Below are positions 1 to 7,853 of a stretch of 32,000 nucleotides of DNA, piece by piece (the first letter of the stretch is position 1; every line of letters begins with the position of its first letter). Source of the stretch: Candidatus Iainarchaeum sp. GTDB taxonomy: Archaea > Iainarchaeota > Iainarchaeia > Iainarchaeales > VGJJ01. The stretch spans positions 210,001 to 242,000 of the forward strand of contig JAUYHT010000006.1 of NCBI GenBank assembly GCA_030688545.1, written 5' to 3'. Made by a program: the position numbers and the translations under genes. Below the pieces are notes generated by a model that saw only the letters and a program-made list of their open reading frames with translations, was not told the DNA's origin and did no database searches.

Positions 1-380
1 TTTTTCATCCATCGATTGGTCTTGATTTTGGCCACTATAAAACCGCCCGCAATCGAGAAAAGTGTTAGAATGATAAAAATAACGGGCCAAAACCATTCGA
101 CCTTTTTATCGGTACCAAAAATTAGACCAATACGATATCCAATAAAAATCATCCATAATAATAGAATGATCAGAAATAGCGGAATAATATTCTCACCAAT
201 AGGGGGATGATAATCAGAATCAGACTGCTCCCAAGAAGGATTCGTCCAATTCTCCCAAAAAAAGAATCCATACAATAAAAGAAAGAGAATAGAGAGAATA
301 ATTAATGCAAAGATCGCGCTTCTTAGTGGGGGTTGACCAAGCCAATTTTCGCCGATAAGAAAACGTTTCAGACCAGTCAC
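1..380 (-). CDS. Integral membrane protein, C-terminal end cut by window edge (absent from ORF track)
   Basis: Minus-strand frame is open from GTG at 380-378 (GGTGA 5 nt upstream) to position 1 with no stop. Translation VTGLKRFLIGENWLGQPPLRSAIFALIILSILFLLLYGFFFWENW...IPLFLIILLLWMIFIGYRIGLIF...WPVIFIILTLFSIAGGFIVAKIK shows three hydrophobic helices. Confidence 0.5.
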   Translation of the reverse strand, partial: MTGLKRFLIGENWLGQPPLRSAIFALIILSILFLLLYGFFFWENWTNPSWEQSDSDYHPPIGENIIPLFLIILLLWMIFIGYRIGLIFGTDKKVEWFWPVIFIILTLFSIAGGFIVAKIKTNRWMK

Positions 381-444
381 TCTTTCACCTTTATCGAGAA
401 GTTGTTAGTAGAATAAAAACTATACTCCCATCTGTAAGGCAAAT

Positions 445-505
445 GATCCCAGGGTCGAGTCTGTGGAATAGAATTAATCCCGCCTCCCGAACTTGCTACC
501 GCAGT
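445..505 (-). repeat. Inter-cassette repeat (ICR) family, outlying partial copy 0
   Basis: gatcccagggtcgagtctgtggaatagaattaatcccgcctcccgaacttgc matches the spacer plus R-arm core (aatcccgcctcccgaact, 476-493) of the copies at 7-18 kb, in the same orientation. Confidence 0.7.
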
Positions 506-852
506 ACTTCCATTTTTTACCCGATAGCCCCCGGTAGGCTAAAAATGTTTACTGGCAATTCTATCCAAAAATACGGCACCACGAAAGCAAATAATTGCAA
601 GTATAAAATATACACTACTCTATACCCTTTGTCAGATCCAGAAGCAACAAACAGAAAAACAAGCGCAAGCAAAAAAAGTACTATTTTGACTATTCTATTT
701 TCAAGAAATCCTAAAAATCCAATGAGAATAGTAAAGATATTAGATTTAAATATTTATATTGGGTAAAGTGCTTTATCGAAGCCAGTACGGCCCATTCAAA
801 GCGTATGTTTGGATGTGGCATCGTTTCAAATTTATTGCCACCTTTTTAATTT

Positions 853-1032
853 TTAATTTTTTTCGATTGCAAAGTATTCTTTTTTCTTCAGTTTTTCAGG
901 TTCAATTCGAACTTTGAAAAATTTTATCATTTTTCTTATTGTCAATTCTTTGGTTGGCAGCGCGTGGGCTACTTTGAATATTTCAACTATTCTGTCTTCG
1001 TCGTTGGATAAATCGATTTGTATCTTGACCAT
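853..1032 (-). CDS. Small 59-aa protein, possible ribbon-helix-helix/DUF2683-like antitoxin-type protein (below ORF-track cutoff)
   Basis: ATG at 1032-1030, TAA at 855-853. Translation is MVKIQIDLSNDEDRIVEIFKVAHALPTKELTIRKMIKFFKVRIEPEKLKKKEYFAIEKN. The N-terminal beta-strand-helix pattern resembles the putative antitoxin at 12376-12636. Confidence 0.35.
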   Translation of the reverse strand: MVKIQIDLSNDEDRIVEIFKVAHALPTKELTIRKMIKFFKVRIEPEKLKKKEYFAIEKN

Positions 1033-1087
1033 GATTTACCTTGGTATCCGCTCAATACTTTATTAAAATTAAAAATGCATTTTCTCA

Positions 1088-1399
1088 TTATTTTTGCAAA
1101 TTCAAATATAGGTATCCGCTCGCCACAAAAAAGAAACCTATAACTATAAATCCAATCCCGGGGGTCGCGATCAGTGGTTCGAGCCAGGTGGCTAATCCAA
1201 ACCCCACCAAAAGAATTCCCGTTAGAAGGACGGCACCCACTATCATGTTTTTCAAGAGTAGAGGCATCGACCGTGCGATTCCGACTTCTATGCCATCCGA
1301 AATAGAGGAAGAAATAGCTCCCTTTACCGTTTCCGCACGAAGGAGGATGATACTCCCCAGTCCTTTGATGATGGCTCCAATGCTACTCGACAAGCTCAC
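1088..1399 (-). CDS. Membrane protein, YqjE/DUF1469-like (holin-X type fold)
   Basis: 103-aa ORF with two or three TM helices (MIVGAVLLTGILLVGFGLATW, GIGFIVIGFFFVASGYLYL). It sits 3 nt downstream of a DUF883-like gene, the usual YqjD-YqjE pairing. Confidence 0.5.
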   Translation of the reverse strand: MSLSSSIGAIIKGLGSIILLRAETVKGAISSSISDGIEVGIARSMPLLLKNMIVGAVLLTGILLVGFGLATWLEPLIATPGIGFIVIGFFFVASGYLYLNLQK

Positions 1400-1402
1400 C
1401 GT

Positions 1403-1639
1403 TTATCCCTTCTTCGAGATGAGCGCCCCGATTAACAAGCCGCCAAGAAATGCTCCAATGACAAATTCAAAGGGACGTTCGCTCACAGCATGTTCAACCA
1501 TGGATTGCTTCTTCTTCACGTATGTGTGCGCGCCATGAACATTTGCATTAATCTGCTTGCGCGCATCATCTAAATTTGAATTAATTTGCTCCTCGAAATG
1601 TTTATCGAGAATACGTCCTTCCACCATTTTTGTAGTCAT
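1403..1639 (-). CDS. DUF883/ElaB-YqjD-like tail-anchored stress protein
   Basis: 78 aa with a hydrophilic helical N-terminus. The C-terminal ERPFEFVIGAFLGGLLIGALISKKG matches the ElaB/YqjD C-terminal anchor pattern (PW..xGxAAxxGxxxGxLL). Confidence 0.55.
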   Translation of the reverse strand: MTTKMVEGRILDKHFEEQINSNLDDARKQINANVHGAHTYVKKKQSMVEHAVSERPFEFVIGAFLGGLLIGALISKKG

Positions 1640-1818
1640 GTTTTTTACCTCGTTTTTTAAATTATTTAGATATTATTTTCCGCTGATGATGCAGCGGAAG
1701 AGGGCGATGATCTTTGATCAGTCGATCACCCGGTGCTGGGCACACTAGTGAAATTCAGTTAACCCAACCCTCTTCTTCTTCGACTATAGGAGGAGGTCAT
1801 TCCCTCCGTGCTCATCTT

Positions 1819-2304
1819 CTATTCGATTCGACCGCCAACTTTGACAGCAGTTGCATCAAACAGGATGTTGAGCAGAACGCTCTCTCCCACGCCTTTCACA
1901 GCAGATTTGGCAAATACCACATCATTCGATAAGATTCCCGTTTCCACCACTAAAGCGGAAATGTTGTTCGAGTTTCCTTCTGTGCGAACTTCTTTGACCT
2001 TTCCAATTTCTTTTCCGCTGGAGTCGAAAACTTTTAACCCTTTATAATCCGAAACCGGACTCATGTTGAGTACGACTCCTTCCATTGAGAGCGATGCAAT
2101 GTACTTTCGCCCTATAAAGGTGTCTTCACCGAAGAATCCTCGATCCATTTCAACTCCATCTAAGTTCAATGTCTGCGAGTCCAAACGGATTTCCATGACT
2201 TTCCCAACATCCTTTCCGTTGGAATCAAGAACTTTTTTGCCTTTCAAATCTTGCACACGCATCCCTGAGTCAAATTCTTTGTTTATCTGTCGAATTTCAT
2301 GCAT
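1819..2304 (-). CDS. PRC-barrel domain protein (two tandem PRC barrels)
   Basis: 161 aa with an internal duplication: LKGKKVLDSNGKDVGKVMEIRLD... and YKGLKVFDSSGKEIGKVKEVRTE... This is the typical PRC-barrel G-x-x-V-x-D-x-x-G-x-x-x-G-x-V signature. Confidence 0.65.
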   Translation of the reverse strand: MHEIRQINKEFDSGMRVQDLKGKKVLDSNGKDVGKVMEIRLDSQTLNLDGVEMDRGFFGEDTFIGRKYIASLSMEGVVLNMSPVSDYKGLKVFDSSGKEIGKVKEVRTEGNSNNISALVVETGILSNDVVFAKSAVKGVGESVLLNILFDATAVKVGGRIE

Positions 2305-2598
2305 AGATTATCACCTCATGATAACACAGTTTAGTTGATCCAAACACCCAGCAAAACACGCGGGGGGCGCGCAAAAAATGCGACGTGCAATAATAGTCGG
2401 AAAAGTTTTTGATTGAAATACTTTTCCGTTGGTGTGTCATTTGTCGTTGTTGTATGGGTATTATGTGCCGACCTTTCTATAAAGAGGTCGTTGGAATCAA
2501 CAAAGCAGGCATAATTGGAAAAAATATGTATTATAATAAGGCAATACAATACACCCCACTAGGTCCTATTTTGTTAACGATGGAGAAAAAGGACGATA

Positions 2599-3585
2599 TT
2601 ATCCATTGGGCCGCATCGCCCCTTTCACGATTCCAATGGCACTCGCGAGGATAATGGGGCCAAAAATAAATCCGAACACGCCAAAAAGTGAAATTCCACC
2701 AATAACGCCCACGATCATCACATAGGGATGGATTCGCGTCCGGTCGCCGATCCATTTGGCATAGAGGATTGTTTCCACTCCAAACGTGAGAATAACTCCA
2801 ATAATCGCCACTCCCACCGCAATCTCATATTGCTGATTCACTGCATAGAAGATGGCCAGCGGCGCCCAAACCATAATAGGTCCAATGCTAGGAAGGAAAG
2901 CAAGAACAAAGATGAGTGCGGCCATGATGAGGCTCAGTTCCACTCCTAAAAAAGTAAAACCAACAAACGAGATAACAAACTCTAAAATCGCCATCACGAG
3001 CGTTCCGTATAGGATAGCTTGCGTATTGAGGTTGAGTTCGTAAATAATATGCTCCTTGTGTGAGGACGGGATGTATTTTCTCAATTCCGCGGAAAGTTTA
3101 TCCCATTTACATAATGCATAATACATTCCAATAAGGGTAATGAACAGCCCTATTATCAAATTAGGAAGAGAAGCAAGAATGGAGGCAGTCATGTCTGAAA
3201 CAATTTGATTAAACTGCGTTTGCATCGTGACGGCATTGAGATTAAAACCTCGAAACATGGGATTGATGGCAATAAGAGTGATGTAATGCGAAATGTTTCG
3301 ATTGCTAATCGCATCCCCCGCTTCATTAATCGCGCCAACAACTACTAATGTAATGGGTACGACAACCAAAACAATGGCAACCAACACGCACGTCACCGCA
3401 GCCAAATTTGAACCGAGTTTGTCAACGAGTTTAAGATAGAGGGGGCGCGCCATGTATGCCAGCACATACGCTGAGAGTATGGCAATAACGAATGGCAACA
3501 TTATTAATGATGCAAGAACAATAATGCCGAGTACGATCGCCCAAAACAAATATCCTTTGAGCTGGAGCTTATCACCGGATATCAT
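2599..3585 (-). CDS. AI-2E family transporter (PerM/UPF0118)
   Basis: Multi-TM protein with AI-2E-like layout and C-terminal motifs (LPSIGPIMVWAPLAIFY, GDRTRIHPYVMIVGVIGGISLFGVFGFIFGPIIL). I prefer the ATG at 3585 (MISGDKLQLKGYLFWAIVLG...). The track ORF extends to 3774, but those first 63 aa are non-membrane and low-complexity. Confidence 0.7.
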   Translation of the reverse strand: MISGDKLQLKGYLFWAIVLGIIVLASLIMLPFVIAILSAYVLAYMARPLYLKLVDKLGSNLAAVTCVLVAIVLVVVPITLVVVGAINEAGDAISNRNISHYITLIAINPMFRGFNLNAVTMQTQFNQIVSDMTASILASLPNLIIGLFITLIGMYYALCKWDKLSAELRKYIPSSHKEHIIYELNLNTQAILYGTLVMAILEFVISFVGFTFLGVELSLIMAALIFVLAFLPSIGPIMVWAPLAIFYAVNQQYEIAVGVAIIGVILTFGVETILYAKWIGDRTRIHPYVMIVGVIGGISLFGVFGFIFGPIILASAIGIVKGAMRPNG

Positions 3586-3774
3586 ATACCTTAATTCACT
3601 CAACCAATTGAAAAATAGATGTATTGAGATGGTATGCGATATATTAACGCGTGAATACACATATTTGGGCCTTATTTCACCATACGACCTATTTATAGGG
3701 TGGTGGTAGTTAGTTTGTACATTAGATACGCCATTTGACATGGCGTAATTAGAAAAAAAGGAGTTCAAAAACAA

Positions 3775-3894
3775 ATGGCAAAAAAAACACGCGGAACACG
3801 AATGGCAAAAGCCGTTCGAAATGCGGCTAATACGAAAGGCGGTAAAGGACCCGTCATTAAACGAAAAGTCGGATTACGAATCATGAGATCCTAA
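3775..3894 (+). CDS. Very basic 39-aa micro-protein (hypothetical)
   Basis: AGGAG lies 11 nt upstream of the ATG at 3775. Translation is MAKKTRGTRMAKAVRNAANTKGGKGPVIKRKVGLRIMRS, stop at 3892-3894. Divergent from the AI-2E gene. No family recognised. Confidence 0.3.
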   Translation: MAKKTRGTRMAKAVRNAANTKGGKGPVIKRKVGLRIMRS

Positions 3895-4046
3895 GCTATT
3901 TTCGAAAGAGGAAGTGGGCAACTCATTTACCTGCTACTCTAATATGACTTTCTCCCCACTCTAAAGGATGGGTATCCGACAAATAGAAAACGTCACTTGC
4001 TCGCGTGTTCGCTCGCCAAACAATGGGCGACGAATGTCGCAGGCCA

Positions 4047-4260
4047 GTTTCGGAACCTTTTTCATAAAAGGTTCATCAAAAGCATTTTGATCGAACTTTT
4101 TTCAAAAGTTCGGCTGGCCGCTGCGATTTTGATCAACCTTTTCTTAAAAGGTTGAGGGCGAGGTATCTATCTTTTTCCCCGGGCTTCATCGTAAACGGTG
4201 TTTACGATGCCCGCAAAACAGGGTTTTGCTTGGTTTTCTAAAAAGCCCGAATGATAATTG
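4047..4260. repeat. Hairpin-repeat cluster A (3 hairpin units plus conserved tail)
   Basis: Hairpins are gaacctttttcataaaaggttc (4053-4074), cgaacttttttcaaaagttcg (4092-4112) and caaccttttcttaaaaggttg (4134-4154); the last two are preceded by ttttgatc. A 9-bp perfect stem atcgtaaac/gtttacgat lies at about 4188-4208. The tail gttttctaaaaagcccgaatgataatt (4233-4259) recurs at 22559-22588. Confidence 0.8.
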
Positions 4261-4324
4261 CCTTCTCCCGTTTGACCGATCGTTTTCATTCGTTGTCTGC
4301 ATAGTCCCTAGCGACCCTCCCGTA

Positions 4325-6340
4325 TTAACTCGTGTTCACGATCAGTGTTCCGCCGGAGGTAGCAGTAGCCGGACCTACTTTAATGGCCACGCGTTGCACG
4401 TCGCTTCCCGTCATGGTAGGCCCTCCGTTAAATTGGGTGGTCCCGGGTGTGGTGTCGGTGTATGTAAGTTGAGGGGGGCCGTAGCGTTGCTGCAATACGT
4501 ATCCCAATCCCGCGCCCGAAGTTACTTGGACAAACGATTCATACAGGGAGGTGGCATCGGCCAAACTGAATACATACACTATGCTTTCGCCAGTAGTAAG
4601 ATTCCAATTATAGGTCAGTCCGGCGGAAATCGTGGTCGCTCCGCCTGAAATCATATCTAAATATGCTTGTTTTTCATGATAATTTGCGGGAGGAGTATAG
4701 GTGCAGCTCTGAGATTCGTTTTCGGTAGTGGAAGGTCTGTTCACCGTGGTTCCACAGGCATTGGCATCCGTACATGGTCTCGTTCTCATTCGGGTTTGCG
4801 TGGAATCGGGCTGGCATTCACTCCAATCGCTCCATCCCCCCCATTCGTCACAGGACCAGCTCTCGGTGCAATTGGACGGCGGGGTATACGTGCAGGATTG
4901 AGACTGTGTCTCGGTTTCGATAGGTCTCGTTGTTTCAGTCCCACAGGCATTGTCATCGGTGCAAAGCCGTTCTTGCGTGCGTGTTTGAGTGGAGGAAGAA
5001 GTGCACACGCTCCAATCGCTCCAATCCCCATACTCACCACACGACCATGATTCTTGGCAGGGGGCACAACTTTGCCTGGTCTCCGGTTTTGGACAATTCG
5101 CCGGAGTCGATTTACATAGGCGTGTCTGCAAATTGTTCGTGCATGCTCCCCATAATCCGCAATCCGGGAGGGGGCAAGCACTCTGGTTCGCTTCTGCCAC
5201 TTCTTGGTTGGATTCCGGCGGGCCGAGCAAGTTGAACGTTTTTTCAGCGGCTAGGTAGGGAAGGGCCGCGTTGGCTCCCGCGATGAGACTTGAAACAAGG
5301 TCCGATGTCGGCGTGATTCCCGTCGTCGAAGAGATGTTGACTCCGGGCGTCACCACAATGACTTGACCATTTTTGGAAGCCCCCAGCACCCCTCCTATTT
5401 TGGAGAAAGGGAGTGTTGACTTGTCCAACATGCTCTTCACGCCATCTGTGACAAATCCCACGACATGACCTCCAGTGTCTTTAATCGTGGTGAGTGCAGA
5501 TTTTACTTTGTCGAAAAATCCTTTCTCTTCCACTGTTGAACGCACGGGATCACAGGGTCCGGGGTTCTGTTGTTTCCACGTGTCCCAATTGAACGTGTCC
5601 AGATTGAAAGGTTCGCTCGTGGCAAGACTCAATTCTGCTTCCGTCAACGTGGGCGAGTCCAGCGTGTTTGAACAGGAACAGTCGCAATGAACCAGTTTTC
5701 GGTCGTAATCGTAATAGTAGCACGGTTGCTCCAATGCACACCCTGCTCCTCGCGCCGCGCATAATTCCGCGGTCTGCTTCTGGCAGCCCAGCGTCATTTT
5801 GGTAAAGGGATTCGCGGAAACATTTTCTTCAGTGGCAATGCAGGCGGAAACGCTGTACAAGTCCACATCGTCCTCGCAGTCCCAAGCCGCACAGGTAAAG
5901 GAGCAGGTGTACTGGTCGGAACCCGTTACACTCCCTTTTTCGTTTTCGGAGCACATGAAACTTAGAACGGCAGAGGAGATGTAAGTCTCATCATCCGCGT
6001 TCTCATTGTACGCACAATTATTGGTTCCTATGATGACATCCTGATTGCTGTAGCCGCTGCGTGCGGGAAGGACCTGTGTCGATCCCCTCATCCGGGAAAC
6101 AAACCAATTGTCATACCCTTTGGTTTTCGCGTCCACCGCACAACGCTTGATCACCGCGCGCATGTGTTGGTCGCACAAGTCTCGATACTCGGAGGGCCAA
6201 TCGTCATACGAATGCGTATTGTAGGAAGAATAATCCCCATAATCCCTTCCCGGTATTCCACCGAATGTATCCGCATATACGGGAATAGAAAATGCCAGTA
6301 TTCCCGCGAGAACAAATAATACAATCCATCGACTTTCCAT
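4325..6340 (-). CDS. Secreted Cys-rich protein with two thrombospondin type-1-like (WSxWS) repeats and a C-terminal beta-sandwich-like domain
   Basis: Likely start is the ATG at 6340, giving signal peptide MESRWIVLFVLAGILAFSIPVYA (the track ORF extends to 6565 with a non-signal N-terminus). There are many Cys. Two tandem 63-aa repeats carry ESWSC.E.G.WSDWS.C...STQTR...R.CTD.NACGT...SQSCTYTPP. Confidence 0.7.
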   Translation of the reverse strand: MESRWIVLFVLAGILAFSIPVYADTFGGIPGRDYGDYSSYNTHSYDDWPSEYRDLCDQHMRAVIKRCAVDAKTKGYDNWFVSRMRGSTQVLPARSGYSNQDVIIGTNNCAYNENADDETYISSAVLSFMCSENEKGSVTGSDQYTCSFTCAAWDCEDDVDLYSVSACIATEENVSANPFTKMTLGCQKQTAELCAARGAGCALEQPCYYYDYDRKLVHCDCSCSNTLDSPTLTEAELSLATSEPFNLDTFNWDTWKQQNPGPCDPVRSTVEEKGFFDKVKSALTTIKDTGGHVVGFVTDGVKSMLDKSTLPFSKIGGVLGASKNGQVIVVTPGVNISSTTGITPTSDLVSSLIAGANAALPYLAAEKTFNLLGPPESNQEVAEANQSACPLPDCGLWGACTNNLQTRLCKSTPANCPKPETRQSCAPCQESWSCGEYGDWSDWSVCTSSSTQTRTQERLCTDDNACGTETTRPIETETQSQSCTYTPPSNCTESWSCDEWGGWSDWSECQPDSTQTRMRTRPCTDANACGTTVNRPSTTENESQSCTYTPPANYHEKQAYLDMISGGATTISAGLTYNWNLTTGESIVYVFSLADATSLYESFVQVTSGAGLGYVLQQRYGPPQLTYTDTTPGTTQFNGGPTMTGSDVQRVAIKVGPATATSGGTLIVNTS
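4679..5056 (-). repeat. Tandem 189-bp coding repeat (2 units) encoding the WSxWS modules
   Basis: Unit 1 (4868-5056) is QESWSCGEYGDWSDWSVCTSSSTQTRTQERLCTDDNACGTETTRPIETETQSQSCTYTPPSNC. Unit 2 (4679-4867) is TESWSCDEWGGWSDWSECQPDSTQTRMRTRPCTDANACGTTVNRPSTTENESQSCTYTPPANY. Confidence 0.85.
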
Positions 6341-6432
6341 AGGGGAGGGGTTGTTTTCACTCAATAAAAAGTTTTGCCTTCCGCAGGGGGGAAAACCATA
6401 CCTATTTATTCTCGGGGCCATTTCCCTTCTAG

Positions 6433-6954
6433 ATGAAAACAGAGCGTCTAGGAATAATCGCAATGGGACTGCTCCTCTTTTTGGCAGGATGCACGTCTTC
6501 AAATATACAGTCTCCGACGCAGGAACAGCAAAGCAGTTTGCCAGCGGGAGATACCACGTCAACACCCCCTCCCACGACCCCGACTACGGGCCGCTCCATG
6601 GAAGAAACATCGACATTAACCACGGGCGAATTCGATGGGCTTATCCCCAACGCGGAAACCTCGCTGATTTTCCAAGCCTTGAACAACGCAGGAATAGCTG
6701 ATGCAGCCGTAGAGTATCAAACCGAAACCGTGCTCGTGGCATTCGATTTGCCTTCCAGTATGACCAATGAGGGGGCTGCTTATTTTGCATTGGGGGTTGC
6801 TTCCAAATTCGCGCAACCCACTCAAATACTCTGGGTCCAAGTATTTGAGGGAAGTACATCCAAAACGTATTTCGTGAAAGCCGACACCGTTCAGAAATAC
6901 ACCACGGGAAAGTTGAATGAAAACCAACTAAAACTTGCGGTAACCGTGCAATAA
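6433..6954 (+). CDS. Lipoprotein with Thr/Pro-rich linker (hypothetical)
   Basis: Signal peptide plus lipobox MKTERLGIIAMGLLLFLAGC, followed by the TTSTPPPTTPTTG linker. Divergent from the 4325-6340 gene. Confidence 0.65.
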   Translation: MKTERLGIIAMGLLLFLAGCTSSNIQSPTQEQQSSLPAGDTTSTPPPTTPTTGRSMEETSTLTTGEFDGLIPNAETSLIFQALNNAGIADAAVEYQTETVLVAFDLPSSMTNEGAAYFALGVASKFAQPTQILWVQVFEGSTSKTYFVKADTVQKYTTGKLNENQLKLAVTVQ

Positions 6955-6968
6955 AATCCTATCCAAAG

Positions 6969-7055
6969 AAACCGCCAAAAGTGCTTATTCTGTCCGTCCG
7001 GCGGGACGGTCTGAAGTGTGAGTGTTTGAGGTATTAGTCCCGCCTCCCCGGCTTT
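6969..7055 (-). repeat. ICR copy 1 (distal part only)
   Basis: aaaccgccaaaa...gtccggcgggac (L arm, 6996-7007)...ctgaagtgtgagtgtttgaggtatt-agtcccgcctccccggc (core, 7036-7052). It abuts the stop codon of the PemK-like gene at 7061. Confidence 0.85.
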
Positions 7056-7060
7056 CTTTA

Positions 7061-7423
7061 TCAGGAAAGTTCATACAGTTCCTTTATTTTGGATTTAACT
7101 TCGTCCAACTTGGCTGTATGAACTTCATCGACCTGGCGCAGAATCTTGTCCTTGACCAGTACTACCGGAAAATCCGCTCGAATAAAACTCTCTTTAGCCA
7201 GCATTTTTTTCTCCGTGCTTGCATTGGTCAGAATGCAATCAAAATCATTTTTCCGAGGCTTAGAAGTTATTTTCAGCATCACGATATCAGGAGACTTAGA
7301 ATTATATTTTGCAGAGCTAACCACCAACCCTAATCGACGCTTGCTACCTTCTTGGTCCGAGTAGCGAACATCCGCCACAATGATTTGGCCCGGTTTAATG
7401 TTTGAGGAGTTCATCGGCGTCAT
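7061..7423 (-). CDS. Type II toxin, PemK/MazF-like endoribonuclease
   Basis: IKPGQIIVADVRYSDQEGSKRRLGLVVS...DIVMLKITSK matches the PemK/MazF SH3-like barrel pattern. It overlaps the upstream small antitoxin ORF. Confidence 0.65.
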   Translation of the reverse strand: MTPMNSSNIKPGQIIVADVRYSDQEGSKRRLGLVVSSAKYNSKSPDIVMLKITSKPRKNDFDCILTNASTEKKMLAKESFIRADFPVVLVKDKILRQVDEVHTAKLDEVKSKIKELYELS

Positions 7424-7613
7424 CCCAGTCTTCTAACGCATGCTTTAGTGCATATGAACGAACGGCATCACTCGAATTCTTTTCACTTTTTTCCAGCTTC
7501 TCAAGCTTGCTTTCAAAGGCTCTTCGCGCGACTTCCGTCCACTTTACATCCGAGTGCTGACGCATCTTTTCATGCATCTCATCCGGCACATTCATCGTCA
7601 TATTCGGCATCAA
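7395..7613 (-). CDS. Putative antitoxin partner of the PemK/MazF-like toxin
   Basis: 72-aa acidic protein overlapping the toxin start by 29 nt. The MNVPDEMHEKMRQHSDVKWTEVARRAFESKL pattern is RHH/antitoxin-like. Confidence 0.5.
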   Translation of the reverse strand: MMPNMTMNVPDEMHEKMRQHSDVKWTEVARRAFESKLEKLEKSEKNSSDAVRSYALKHALEDWDDADELLKH

Positions 7614-7679
7614 ATCACCTTATATAAGTAAAATAAGTAAAGGAATATTTAAGCCTATCGGGGGCAAAGCGCCAAAGCC

Positions 7680-7850
7680 GCACTGAAAAGTTAACACCAT
7701 AAAATGCGATTTTTGCCTTTTTGGTAAAATTTGGTGTTAACCGCCTCAAATATTCTGTTCCGGGAATCTTCCTGCTTTATTCACCCCCTCGCTTCTTAGC
7801 TCGGTGCAGTTAGTGAACTTAGTGTAATTGCTAACCATAGCTTACCTCCT
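7680..7850 (-). repeat. ICR copy A (diverged; carries 30-aa micro-ORF 7746-7838)
   Basis: Minus strand reads AGGAGGTAAGCT-ATG, then MVSNYTKFTNCTELRSEGVNKAGRFPEQNI*. It has the conserved CACTAACTGCACC block, and the R arm has decayed to tttgaggcggttaacacc. An extra 10-bp inverted repeat gttaacacca/tggtgttaac lies at about 7690-7745. Confidence 0.6.
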
Positions 7851-7853
7851 AAA

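Noticed and set aside
16-766. Plus-strand ORFs 16-210 and 443-766, and 1041-1538
   Set aside because: 16-210 is antisense to a better membrane-protein frame that is open to the window edge. 443-766 covers a repeat copy and low-complexity A/T-rich DNA. 1041-1538 is antisense to the DUF883/YqjE-like gene pair.
4325-6340. Diversity-generating retroelement targeting the secreted or surface proteins
   Set aside because: There is no reverse transcriptase ORF, and no template/variable repeat pair with adenine-specific mismatches. The only internal repeat (4679-5056) is an ordinary tandem domain duplication with substitutions at all bases.
4667-6360. Multiple plus- and minus-strand ORFs nested in 4325-6340 (for example 4226-4648, 4667-5050, 4786-5181, 4930-5258, 5475-5690)
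   Set aside because: These are Arg/Gly/Pro/Ser-rich translations typical of off-frame or antisense reading of GC-rich coding DNA. The long minus-strand frame has a signal peptide and a repeat-domain logic. The same applies to ORFs nested in 18742-19860 (19015-19668 and others) and in the giant gene (27420-30555 series).
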